A stretch of 64,000 bases of DNA from Cenococcum geophilum. Its lineage: Eukaryota. Numbering within the stretch: the stretch's first letter is position 1; each line of letters starts with the position of its first letter. The notes beneath the pieces are model-generated. The model was not told the origin of the DNA and made no database searches. It saw nothing but the letters and a program-made list of their open reading frames with translations. The translations under genes and the position numbers were made by a program. The stretch spans positions 18,104,001 to 18,168,000 of the forward strand of contig CP158635.1 of the NCBI GenBank assembly GCA_050273025.1, read 5' to 3'. Positions 25,931 to 37,693 of this stretch are shown here, one piece after another.

Positions 25931-27150
25931 ATTTTGGGTTGGCTGTGGAGGAACCCTAAGAAACTTCGTAATAAACTAGCTTTTGCAGGCGTTGGAAATT
26001 GGAGGTATGATACCTAGATGGTATTACTTTTATTCCTAGGAGAGTATCTTAACAATTATACCAAAACACACTTTTCGAGTACGCGTTAACTCTAGGAACT
26101 TAGAAAACTTCCTTTTAACAAGTTTCACAGCATTCTATTCCGCTTGAATAACCAAATTACACGCTTTAAAAGTTGTCTATTTATACAAAGGTTATGCTTT
26201 TTTTTTAAATGTAATTTATTCAAATAGGTACGTGAACATTTCTTTTACATTCTAGCATTGGCAAAAAAAAAAGGGGAGGGGAAAAGAAATACGGCGCTAA
26301 CTATGTGTGGATAGCAGATTTAGCCCTCTAACTCAGCTCATATATCGATAAGCACACGAACAGCTCGGATTCCGTTCTATATATACGAGATAACTTACAA
26401 TATATGCAGAGCGGCAAATCTCCACAGTATTTGAAAAAGTCAATAGTCTAAAAGAGCGCTGACTTCTTATGCTCGGCCTATTCTCTATACCTTTATATAC
26501 CCAGACAAATTTGCGAGTTCCTCACTCTACCAAATAGCTCAAACAATGCCTCTGTGCCCAAACTCAATACACAAACCTAAGCTCAGGATGATCATCCCTA
26601 AGATTCTCCAACTCCTCCTTCGGCAGCTTGATCCTGTAATCTCGTCGTCATGGCCTGAAGTAGTGAGCTCAGGTTCACTTTAGGCAGCGCTTAAAGCCAC
26701 TCACGCTTAGCTTGGGTTAAAGCGGCGGATACTTAGGTTGGCGGCCGTAACTAGAACCAGTCGTATAGAGGAAGTTTACTTGTCTCTTAAGGTAATTATC
26801 CGGTTTAACTGGCTAACCGGCTCGCGAACTGGTTGGACTGGTTCGGTTCGGAGGACAGACCAATTACATCACTAATTACCATCAAGAACCCCTCACTTCT
26901 TTCACTACTTTCCATAATATAGTCAACGGAGAGCTCCGAGGCACTCCTACGGTATCAACTCCTACCTATTATATACCAAATATTACCGTATTTTATATCG
27001 AAAGACGAAATGAGTAGATTTTATTGGTATACAATGTGGTAAAATATTTTCCTCGCTCGGGCAATGTTATATTCTTTATCTTTAAATCATGTCTCAAATA
27101 CTCAAAATTGGTTGGTTTTTTATCGTTCAATCAATATATTTTTATCAACC

Positions 27151-27353
27151 ATGCCTTCTAATCGTACTTCTAATGATATAGACTTTGTTCCACCAACTCA
27201 GAAGGCCAAACAACCTCCCCCGAAGCCCTGGCCGCTACCCACATTCGAACCTCTGCGGGTTGAGGATTACGACTCCTATGACCTAGATCTTATTGATCCT
27301 ATTGGCCAAGCCTTATCGATAACGTGTGGACGAATTTACTGTTGCGGGGGATA
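27151..27353 (+). mobile_element. Remnant of CCC...GGG family element: putative transposase N-terminus joined to the element 3' end
   Basis: ATG 27151 reads MPSNRTSNDIDFVPPTQKAKQPPPKPWPLPTFEPLRVEDYD; followed by ATTGG-N6-CTTATCGATAAC-N17-GTTGCGGGGGATA. Confidence 0.7.
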
Positions 27354-27556
27354 GTAGAACAAAACATGGTTTCTTCCCTCAAGATAAGACGTGGAAGACC
27401 TGCGTACTTGCGTACAGCCTGCTCTCTTATCGGCTACCTTGAGTGAAGATACGATAGACGGTTAGGAACTGGGCTGGTCTGCTCAATCTTAGGGTAGTCT
27501 GATACTAGGCCTATAATTTACCATTTATGAATTATGCTGAGGGTTTATGGTTATCG

Positions 27557-29923
27557 TTAGAAGCGTGGGGTGGTTGATGAGTTATCCCAATCTCCATCCT
27601 CATCTTCATCGTCTGCGCCGCTTCCCCAGTCAAGCTTCATCAAAAGACGATCCACACCTCCCACTCTCCAGGGCTCATAGCTGTCACTTCTTGACGTGCT
27701 CTGTCTAGGATATGAACCGGACCCCACCCTTTCCGCATCAATCTCTCGCAGCCGCGCTACTAATGACTTCAAATCGCTATCTACACGCTTTCGCGCTCGG
27801 TCAAGCTCAAGCTCGACTTCTTTTTCTTCCTGGGCATAGTTCGCTAGGTCATCGACAACACCATCTCCTTCCAGGTCAAGGTTCTGCTGGATGATTTGGA
27901 GGCGGGTTACAAATGCCACAAGCTCGTCAACATGAGTGAAAAACTCACGAAGAGAACGAGTAAAGGAGAAGTCTGTAAGAAGGAGGGAGTATGTAATAGA
28001 GTCAAGGAAGCGACGGTGCGCGGAGGCAAGCGATTCAGGATCATGAGGGGGGTGTTCTGGGTCGGTGACACTCCTTCGGAAACCTACTGATGGAGAGTCC
28101 GGTGGAGATAGTTCAGTGATCCGATTAGGCATAATGGCAGGCGCAGAGGATTGAGGCAGTCCTGGTGAGCTTAGCCTCTGCTCTGGACGAATAATCCATT
28201 CGCGGAAGTGTTTCCACGACTCCTGAACGACTTCGCCCTCGAAATATGCCCCACTTTCAGAGAGAAGGAAGATCGCAGCTCCGCATGTGGCCCAGACTTT
28301 CCTCATCTCTCTGCCGCGCGCATTCGTTCGCTGGCGTCTTGTTCGTAGGATAGCCTTTCCGCTTGGTGTGGAACTGTACTGTGGAGCCGGGGGTGCTGGA
28401 TGTTCTCTCCGGATTGAACTCTGCCTCCAAAGATCAGCCAGCCGTAAATGAGCACGGCGAACAGCCAGAAGATAGGCGTTAATGGAAGAGTAAGTATCTA
28501 TATCAGTGTTCGTAATGAAGAGGTCGAGAGGGGAGCGGATGTCCATAGTTAACGAAGTTGGTACGGAGAGCAGAAGATCGTTGAAAACAACGTTTGAGAT
28601 TTTTGGGAGTGATTCTATAGTTCCCTTTGCTCGGCCAGGTGTGGCTGGTCGAGGATTAGATGACTTGTGTAAAGCAAGGTGTATCACATCCATCGCAAGG
28701 TCGAGACCATCATCCGAATGCTCTTCCTCCCCACTTAGGGTTGATAAGACAGACCAAGTACGCGCTAATACAGCGGTAATCTCGCTCTCTTTCAAGAGCA
28801 TACCTTGGAGGCTTTGTCCAACTTTGCTTTGCAGCGCCCGTCCAGGCATTCGATGGCGGGAGCGTATACGTTCATTGGCTTCAGTAACTAAGGCAACAGC
28901 GAATTCACCCCGACCAAGTAAAAAGAATTCCTGGAGCAACGTAAGGATCTCGACGATTTTTGGTAATGGGAGCAGATGTTGTAGCATGTTACGTGAAAGA
29001 GAAAGGCGGATTGCGGCAACGGCCTCCAGCAACCCAGCAGATGATATAGGTGCTGTAACTGTCGAGAGATGCCGTAAATGCACGGGTAGAAGCTCTAGCT
29101 CGGAAGCTCTAGACAGGATGGCGACTGGCGCATTTGATGCGTTCTCAAGAGCTCGGATCTGATTGAGAGATTTTCCAATAAAAAGGATAGACGATGCTGT
29201 CTGCTGTGACACGAACTTAGGCAATAATTTGTTGTTTACGACAAATTGGACCTCGGTCACTTCATCGATAGCCTTTTGGATGAAGAAATCCGTTGCTCCA
29301 AAAGTGGGTAGTCGACCGTACAAAAGCCAGGTGGACAGCTGTTTCAGCCAAGCAGTTTCGGCAACTTTTCCTAAATCAAGAGCTGCTTCTTCGATATCCG
29401 GGTAGCCAGTCTGAGCTTCATGGCGTAACTTGTCAATAATCGCTGCTCCGGATGACAGAGTTTTGTGGTCAGCTATGTGCTGAAGGCCATCCTTACTGGA
29501 ATCTGGAGGCATAACAAAACTAACAAGACTCCAGAGCCACTCCATCAGCCTAGTCCATTCGTCAAACTCTCCTACGACCCCAGCCAAAGGGACGATATTG
29601 TAGGCCCCCACGGCACTTGCATCCTTCCTGAGGATACGGCTTTCTACATCAAGCACTTTTTGCTGAAACCTGGCGAGATGTGAGGATGTTATAGCTGTGG
29701 CCAATGCTCGGCAAATGGTAGATGGATGCGAGGAAGATATTCGAGATGCGGTTTCTCGAGTCAGCCGATGCAGCCGAGACAACCGCCCGATCGACGATAA
29801 AAGCTCTGCTTCGGGAGGAGAGAGAAGAGGGCAAGTATCAGGCTTTAATCCCTCGGCTCCTCTCGGGGTATCGAAGAGCGCTGAGGGATGACCCGAGAGA
29901 GAAAGGAGGATTTCGTGGAGCAT
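27557..29923 (-). CDS. Gamma-tubulin complex component GCP4 (Spc97/98 family)
   Basis: MLHEILLSLSGHPS start, ILFIGKSL, EFFLLGRGEFA, LLMKLDW; intronless 788 aa. Confidence 0.9.
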   Translation of the reverse strand: MLHEILLSLSGHPSALFDTPRGAEGLKPDTCPLLSPPEAELLSSIGRLSRLHRLTRETASRISSSHPSTICRALATAITSSHLARFQQKVLDVESRILRKDASAVGAYNIVPLAGVVGEFDEWTRLMEWLWSLVSFVMPPDSSKDGLQHIADHKTLSSGAAIIDKLRHEAQTGYPDIEEAALDLGKVAETAWLKQLSTWLLYGRLPTFGATDFFIQKAIDEVTEVQFVVNNKLLPKFVSQQTASSILFIGKSLNQIRALENASNAPVAILSRASELELLPVHLRHLSTVTAPISSAGLLEAVAAIRLSLSRNMLQHLLPLPKIVEILTLLQEFFLLGRGEFAVALVTEANERIRSRHRMPGRALQSKVGQSLQGMLLKESEITAVLARTWSVLSTLSGEEEHSDDGLDLAMDVIHLALHKSSNPRPATPGRAKGTIESLPKISNVVFNDLLLSVPTSLTMDIRSPLDLFITNTDIDTYSSINAYLLAVRRAHLRLADLWRQSSIRREHPAPPAPQYSSTPSGKAILRTRRQRTNARGREMRKVWATCGAAIFLLSESGAYFEGEVVQESWKHFREWIIRPEQRLSSPGLPQSSAPAIMPNRITELSPPDSPSVGFRRSVTDPEHPPHDPESLASAHRRFLDSITYSLLLTDFSFTRSLREFFTHVDELVAFVTRLQIIQQNLDLEGDGVVDDLANYAQEEKEVELELDRARKRVDSDLKSLVARLREIDAERVGSGSYPRQSTSRSDSYEPWRVGGVDRLLMKLDWGSGADDEDEDGDWDNSSTTPRF

Positions 29924-30364
29924 TGTCGCGGGTCCGGGGTTACATTGACAGTTCTCTCTCTAATGAACTTTGTCAGACAGGAGTGAAAGTCGAGCAACCA
30001 AGAAATTCAAGATTGACGAGCTCTATACGCTCCACTTACTCGTCATTCCCTGGCTTTTTAGGCTGCCAAAACCGACCCTGAAAAAATACGATTAAGACAC
30101 TCAAAAGCTCATAACGACACATTAGAGCGATACAGTGGCCATTTTCGAAAGAGTAAGCCTCGTGGCAGCAGGGCAGAGTGGTACATCAACTGGAAGGTAA
30201 TATGGTAGATTCCTGAGAAGCCGCGCTGGCAGCAGATCGAGACGCGTTGGATCTGCCGGGATTGCCCGCCTCGTCCCGTTCCAACCCCTCCAAGATCAAC
30301 CCCACCATTTCTCGGTCTTATCCTCGAGATCGCCCATCCACTCTCTTCCACAAATTCATTCCCT

Positions 30365-31734
30365 ATGGCCATGTCGGGTGGTTTCTCCAAACAAATCACC
30401 TTCGTTTGTCAGCAGAGGGCCAAATCCATCTCTCAATTGAAACCTAGACAGCTCCAATTGACTTCGAGGGCCTTCAGCACTGTTCAGGATGTGCCAATCT
30501 TGTCGGCTTCATCGGCTCATCCCCCCTTAAATCCTGCACCACAGGCATCTGCGACATTCCAAAATGCTCTTCAGGCAACATTACCAAGGACAACCTGGAC
30601 AAGAGAGGAGATTACTAAGGTTTATAATACTCCTCTGGTGGAACTTTCGTTTGCCGCGGTTAGTTGTTTGTTGATTTCTAGCCGAGAATGGTAGAGCAAT
30701 TAAGAGCCAGTTATCTGTGTGGCTCATCTTCGATTCTATTTGGTAGTACTGACCTGTTTAATTTATCCACAAAGGCCACTGTTCATCGCCGCTTCCACAA
30801 CCCAGCCGCAATCCAAATGTGCACTCTTATAAATATTAAGACTGGTGGCTGCAGCGAAGATTGCTCCTACTGCGCGCAATCTTCTCGCTATAACACGGGC
30901 CTCAAAGCCTCCAAAATGGTCACTGTCGAATCAGTGCTGGATGCTGCACGGATAGCAAAGGAGAACGGTAGCTCCAGATTCTGCATGGGTGCCGCATGGC
31001 GGGACATGCGAGGCCGCAAGACTAATTTACGGAACATTAAAGAGATGGTGAAAGGTGTGCGTGCAATGGGGATGGAGGCTTGCGTGACCTTGGGCATGAT
31101 TGATGCCGAGCAAGCGAAGGAGTTGAAAGACGCCGGTTTGACCGCGTACAACCATAATGTGGATACATCAAGGGAGCATTATCCCTCTGTTATCACGACA
31201 AGATCATACGACGAGCGGTTGGCAACTATCAACAATGTGCGCGAAGCCGGGATCAATGTTTGCACCGGTGGTATTCTGGGATTGGGTGAAAAGGCAAAAG
31301 ATCATGTTGGACTGATTCACACGGTCGCTACACTACCCTCACACCCAGAATCGTTTCCAGTCAACGCATTAGTGCCTATCAAGGGCACTCCGTTGGGAGA
31401 AAGCAAAGCTATATCTTTCGATGCGATAGTGAGAACGATCGCCACAGCCAGACTAGTCCTCCCAGCCACCATTATCCGCCTTGCTGCAGGTAGAAACACA
31501 ATGTCCGAGGAGAAGCAGATGTTGTGCTTCATGGCAGGTGCAAATGCGGTCTTCACAGGGGAGAAGATGTTGACGACCGCCTGCAACGGGTGGGAGGAGG
31601 ATAAAGAGATGTTCGATAGATGGGGACTGCGGCCAATGGAGAGCCACGAAACTATTCAAGGTCAACAAGCTTTGAAAGATGCGAAAGAATTCATTACGGA
31701 TGGGGCACAGCAGAGTGCGGCTAGTCCAGTTTAA
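30365..31734 (+). CDS. BIO2: Biotin synthase, radical SAM (2 exons, intron ~30659-30774)
   Basis: CSEDCSYC radical-SAM motif, YNHNVDTSR, CTGGILGLGE, PESFPVNAL; mitochondrial-type presequence. Confidence 0.97.
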
Positions 31735-31834
31735 AATGGGACAGTTAATCCCAGAATTCTTTAGGCGGTTATGCACCGTTCCATATATTGGATATAGATA
31801 GAACCCGTTTCAGCCTATATGCTACCGGTAATGT

Positions 31835-32151
31835 TATCCCATGCGCCGTTGAGGCGTACACCAAAAGAGGCCTATGCGTGAACACCGAAACATCAACACG
31901 TCCTCTAAGGACCTAATTCGGCTGTGCTCTATGCAATATACCCCTCTGTAAAGAAGGACCCTGCTGTTAGGAACATCTTAGCCTAATTAGGGCACGGTAG
32001 AGTCAATTATATATAAGTGTGAGCTTTATTATAATGATTTAGAGCCTTAATTCGTTGACCAAATCCACAGCTTCATTTCGCCAAGACCCGACTCAATCTA
32101 GAGACTCTAGTTGGTTCGCTTGCGTGCACGCCTTTAACGGCGCATGGGATA
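31835..32151. mobile_element. CCC...GGG family MITE (CCCATGCGCCGTT subtype) with ~190-bp internal insert
   Basis: TIR TATCCCATGCGCCGTTGA / TTAACGGCGCATGGGATA; internal homology, in reverse orientation, to 36842-37193. Confidence 0.88.
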
Positions 32152-32215
32152 AACAAAATGCTTGGAGCCGAGTGTGCTTCATAATTCCCAACAAAGTTTT
32201 ACACCAATCTAGGCG

Positions 32216-33666
32216 TCATAACCGAGCCTTTTCCGCCCAGATACCCAAGCCATTGTTCTCGGCCTCCTGCTGCCCCAATTGAAGACTGATCCAATCATCT
32301 ATTCTCTCGACCAGTTTCCGAATCTGCTCTGTGGTGTTGCCAGCGTGAAGACAAACTCTTATTCTGGAGCTGCCAACAGGCACAGTAGGCGGCACAACCG
32401 CGCGAACTACAAAGCCTCCGTCTTGGCAATGCTTCGCAAGACTTCGTGGCTGCGGAGTCAAGATAGCAAATATTGAAGACTGCGGACACTTTGAAGGAAC
32501 GCTAATAAGTGCGGCTGTGGCGTTCTGAGACCCATATTTGGTCATGAGAGTCTGAAGCTGGTTGAACAGCGTCCTTACAAGCATTTTCAGATGAAGGGCG
32601 AGCTTGAAGGCAAACGAAAGTTAGGCATACAGGCGGACGGGGAAATAACACTCACCAAATTGACTTACCGGCTCTGTACTGCCTTGCTGGAAAAACGTGT
32701 ATGAGACCCTTATGGCTGCTAGCGCTGGATATGACAGAAAGGTGGTGTATATAAGTGGCCGCGCGTAGTTAATCAGGTATTGACGGAGCAGCGGTGAGCA
32801 AAGCAGAATTGCTAAAGGCAACTGTCAGTTTCTTTGATTTCAACCCCACTTAATGTTTTTCAGTGGGAAATAATATGATTTTATGGCTTACCGCCATTAC
32901 AAGCCAGCGATTTTCCAAATGTGTGAAGCCTGGCAAAAACTTTGTCTTCGAGACCCAATTCACAAACCAACCCGCGTCCGTATTGCCCGATGACTCCCGT
33001 CGAATGGGCTTCGTCCACAATAACATATCCGTTCTTTCGAGGTAGTACAGTTTCGACGAGTTCAACAATAGCCTTGAGTGGAGCCAAGTCTCCATCCATG
33101 CTGTAGATTGCCTCGACAGCAACAAACACATGAGACTGGCCTCCTTCAATCTGGCCATTATTCCTCTTGCACTCCTCGAGCAGGCTTTTGAGATCAGCTA
33201 CTGAATTATGTGCAAAGGAAAGGCGCTGACGGGTCCGACTCAATCGCATGCCATCATGTACTGAAGCATGAATGTATTCGTCATAAATTACGATATCATT
33301 CGGCTGTGGCACACACGCAAAGAACCCGGAATTCGCATCGAATCCAGAATTGAATAGTAAACCCGCGGGAGCCCTGTGGAAGGCTGCGATGTCGCGCTCT
33401 AGATCCTCGGCGTAACTGGAATTGCCGTCAAGTAGCCGTGAACCACCACTCCCGAGCCCGAGTTTAGAATTTCCGAGTTCCCGCAAAAACGCAGCATGAA
33501 GAATGGAAGACGTAGATAATGAGAGAAAGTCGTTCGAGGAGAAATCCACGGCTTGAGCTGGGCTAGTGGTCAACTTGCGGAGTGTAGATTGGGCGCGTCG
33601 GCGGTCCAGAAGTTGGCGTAAAGACTTCTCAATGGGCAATTGATGTGCTAGAATTTCATCTCGCAT
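32216..33666 (-). CDS. bioF: 8-amino-7-oxononanoate (KAPA) synthase, peroxisomal (3 exons)
   Basis: DFSSNDFL, GSGGSRLLDGN, HASVHDG, VDEAHSTG, HTFGKS (PLP lysine); C-terminal ARL PTS1. Confidence 0.95.
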
Positions 33667-33853
33667 ATTTTCGACGTTAGGAAGAATCGGAGGACAGGTC
33701 AGCGTTTCTCAACCACAAATTTTATAGTTGTTCATCCCTCCCGTCACCCCTCGGCTCGTGATTCGCGCTAGTGAAAGGCTTTAATTGACGCAAACCCAAC
33801 GGGGATCTAACTTACAATTGAGCTTCCTCCTCGCAAAATCGAGGTGGCCGTCG

Positions 33854-36529
33854 ATGACTCCGGTTACATCTGGTTTGTGGCATAAGCTGATAGCCTTTCA
33901 GGTCTATGGCGCCAATACAGGCGTGGGGAAGACGGTAGCCTGCACCGTGTTGGGAAAGGCTTTTCGAACTCATTATCCCGACTGGCAAATCAATTATTTG
34001 AAGCCGGTATCAACGGGGCCGGCCAGTGATGCTGATGATAAGTAAGTCATTTACGCATCTAGTGATCGCTTCAGTCTAGGAAAGGGATTTTTCTCTTATT
34101 AATCATGTAATAATCATCCTTTAGGTACGTTAAACGATATACCGGCCATAGGGCCGAATGCATCTTCCAATTTTCTGACCCCGTGAGCCCACATATTGCT
34201 GCTCATATAGAGGTAGGATTATCGACACCCCCTTCCTTACATTACCCTCTAGGTTCTGATGCCTGAAAAGCCTCCTTCGGACCAACAAGTTCTCGGCCGT
34301 GTTTCCGAGGAGTTATTTAAACATGCGAAAAGCATTAAGCCAAAAGGGGAATATGGAATCACCATGGTAGAGACGGCTGGAGGTGTTCTGTCGCCGGCTC
34401 CATCTGGAAGCTTGCAAGCTGACTTATACCGCCCACTTCGATTGCCAGTCATTCTCATTGGTGACCATCGACTTGGTGGTATAGCTGCTACCATTTCAGC
34501 CTTCGAGTCTCTCACAGTTCGAGGGTACGATGTTGAAGCTGTAATGATATTTGAAAGCGGCAATCTTGGAAACACTGGCTACCTGATGAAATTTTTCAAG
34601 ACTCACAAACTACCCATCTTTGAACTTCCCGCTCTTCCCCCAGCGGGCGACGTCTCAAAAATACAGGAAAGCATGGCCTCTTATTACAAGCACGTCAGTC
34701 AGCAAAGAGACATCTCCAGATTAGCTCAGCTTCTGGTCAATCGACATTTCATTCGATTAAAAGATTTAGAACGTATGGCTTCTAAAGCAAATAGTGTGAT
34801 CTGGCATCCTTTCACTCAACATAAGGATCGGACGGATAGCAGCATACTTGCTTTCGACTCTGCGTACGGGGACTTCTTTCAAACGTATTCATCACAACTA
34901 CCAGCGGGGTACGACTTCATATCCGAAGAGTCGACGCCGACTCAAAATAATACATCGCTCCTCCAACCAGCGTTTGATGGGTCAGCGTCATGGTGGACAC
35001 AAGGCCTTGGGCATGGAAACCCTGAACTGTCACTTGCTGCTGCATATGCCGCTGGTAGATACGGGCATGTTATGTTTGCTGGAGCTATACATCAACCTGC
35101 CTTATCAATTGCAAACAAGATGTTGCAAGGATTAGAGAATCCACGTCTCCAGAAGGTTTTTTTCTCGGATAACGGTAGTACAGGTATCGAAGTGGCTATA
35201 AAAATGGCTCTGAAAGCTTCTTCTATCCGATACGGCTGGGAACCCGGTTCGAAAGACATTGGGATTCTGGGTCTGAAAGGCAGTTATCATGGCGACACAA
35301 TAGGTGCAATGGATTGTTCCGAGCCGTCAACTTACAATGAGAAGGTAGAGTGGTATCACGGACGCGGCTATTGGTTTGATTTTCCCCAGGTTAAAATGAG
35401 GAAAGGCGTATGGGTCGTTGAGCCACCCCCAGGCATGGAAACCGAATTTGGTCAGCCTCGATCTTTCAAAAACCTGGATGAAATTTTTGACTTCGAAGCA
35501 AGAGATTCTCTAAAATATGAGAGCTATATTGAAGGGGTTTTAAACTGGCTCATAAAATCTGGGGGTCGGAAGTTTGGTGCTTTGGTCATAGAGCCTGTAT
35601 TGCTTGGGGCAGGTGGGATGCTTTTCGTGTAAGTCCACTCGCTTTGCGACTGCTTCAAAAACTGACGTGAACTTGAGCGACCCGCTCTTCCAGCGCACAC
35701 TCGTCAACGTTGTGCGCAAGTCGAATCTTTTCTATTCGCCTTCTAAACAACCCTTTATACCCCTAGATGAAACAGGCGATGCATCATCTATGTGGACCGG
35801 TCTGCCCGTTGTCTTCGACGAAGTCTTCACTGGACTCTACCGCCTCGGCCGTTTTAGCTCAGCCTCATTCCTCAAGGTTCACCCCGACATTTCGGTCCAC
35901 GCCAAACTGCTAACCGGAGGCCTGCTTCCACTTTGCACAACGCTTGCTAGCCAGAGCATTTTCGACGCGTTTCTAAGCGACGACAAAACAGACGCTCTGC
36001 TTCACGGACACAGCTACACTGCTCACGCAATTGGATGTCATGTCGCAAATGTGTCCTTGAACAAGATGGAAAAGCTAGAAATGGGAAAATCTTGGCAAAA
36101 TTACCAAAAATCGTGGCAGATTCCAGTCTCGTCGTCTACAGTTACATGGAGCATGTGGTCCAAGGAGACAGTGACGGCATTATCTCATAATGAACAGGTT
36201 GATGCGGTCATAGCTCTAGGCTCAGTCCTGGCTATTTCCCTGCACGATGAATCTGGGTCAGGTATACATTTAGCAACCTAAAATTTCGGTCGACTTGCAT
36301 CGTCGTGCTAATCAATGGAGCAGGTTATACCTCCGACGTAGCAAACCACTTACGTGATGCGTTGCTCTACGAATCTCATGGCCATAAATGGATCGTTCAC
36401 TCGAGAGTTCTAGGAAATGTTCTATATTTGATGGCAAGCATGACAACGGACTGTGAAACCATATCAGCAGTGGAGAATTCCTTGTTGGCAAAATTGAAGG
36501 ACGTGGGAAACTCGCCGAAAGGGTCATGA
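33854..36529 (+). CDS. bioDA: Bifunctional dethiobiotin synthetase / DAPA aminotransferase (5 exons)
   Basis: GANTGVGKT, LKPVSTG, VETAGGV then WHPFTQH, SWWTQGLGH, SYHGDT, FDEVFTG, AKLLTGG, HGHSYTAH. Confidence 0.96.
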
Positions 36530-36859
36530 CACACCAGTCATCGTGTTGGCAGTGACGGAAATGGATTGGAGTGGAGTGGATTAAGGCTCAGATCCACTCC
36601 ATCCAGCAAATAGCTGGTGGAGCTCTAGGAGCTCCAGGACGTGACTATACTATTAATAGTATATACATATAAGTCTTGGCAACCTTTTGGTGTTGAGGAA
36701 ACTTAGTGCGAATCTTACTAATTTAACGCCCTTAATCCTCATCGTTATCCTTATTACTATCCTCACTGGCTTCCTCTCTCGCTAGTAATATCGTCACCTT
36801 CTAGATTAGCTAGTTGCTCTGCTAAAGGACGTGTACTGCTTTATCCCATGCGCCGTTGA

Positions 36860-36974
36860 TACAAGGGGTTAACACGAACGGGCCAGACGGCCCTCCCTGC
36901 TAGTATGTTATCAAAATAAGCGAACCTTTGCAAAATGATTGGGCCGTCTGACCCGTCCGTGTTACCCCCTTGTA
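36860..36974. mobile_element. 115-bp MITE with 34-bp TIR (nested)
   Basis: TACAAGGGGTTAACACGAACGGGCCAGACGGCCC vs inverted GGGCCGTCTGACCCGTCCGTGTTACCCCCTTGTA, 3 mismatches. Confidence 0.88.
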
Positions 36975-37091
36975 TCCCTTGCAACGTCAGAGTAACCCAC
37001 AAATTTCTAAGTACGGGCACCGAATCCAGCTAATCTGATTGGTTAGTTCTTATCGATAACCTGACGACTCATTTTGACGTTGCAAGGGATA
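36973..37091. mobile_element. 119-bp CCC...GGG family MITE (nested)
   Basis: TIR TATCCCTTGCAACGTCA / TGACGTTGCAAGGGATA; ATTGG-N6-CTTATCGATAAC near right end. Confidence 0.9.
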
Positions 37092-37693
37092 GGGTTATCG
37101 TAAGCGGACCAACCAAATCATCTAGATTTTTGATGTTTTGGTGTTCGCGCACGGGTCACAAATCGTGGAAGCGCCTTAACGGCGCATGGGATATGCAGTA
37201 CTAGCTTCGTTAGAGCTCTACACCGAATATATACCTTGCTGTTCAGCCGGAACTCCTCTATATCCTTCGTAGCGTTAACGGCGTTCAGATTAATTGACTT
37301 CGGGGCGAGGATAATATCGTTAGAGGCAGAAGATACGCATAGAGGGAAGATGCGCTACTATACCCGGGGCATGGTGAACAATACTAAGAGATGGTAATAG
37401 TAAGGTAGGCAGCAAGGATGAGCTTTAAGGAGGGCGCCGATATAGGCAAGCAGCGGTAAGGGCTAGACGATAGACACGAGTCAGGTATTAGGTGGCTGAG
37501 ACTATAATTTTTAGACGCCCTGCCATAAGGAGTACCACTCATTGGCTATTCACTACGCATTAGCTACTAGACGCTCAATCCTCCTCCCAGAGGCGCGGTG
37601 GTGCGTAGCTCCATCTCCACTCGGTTTTCTGTGGCTGCGGCAAAGTCCTGAAATTCCTCAAAGGTTGAGAATTTTTTGCCATATGAGATGTCA

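Larger units (their letters stand above)
36842..37193. mobile_element. CCC...GGG family MITE (outer element of a nested stack)
   Basis: Same TIRs as 31835-32151; contains two other TIR elements immediately inside its left TIR. Confidence 0.88.

Noticed and set aside
30365..36529. Biotin cluster or BioD-BioA fusion as a novel system
   Set aside because: Already known in Pezizomycotina; the fusion is also known in plants.
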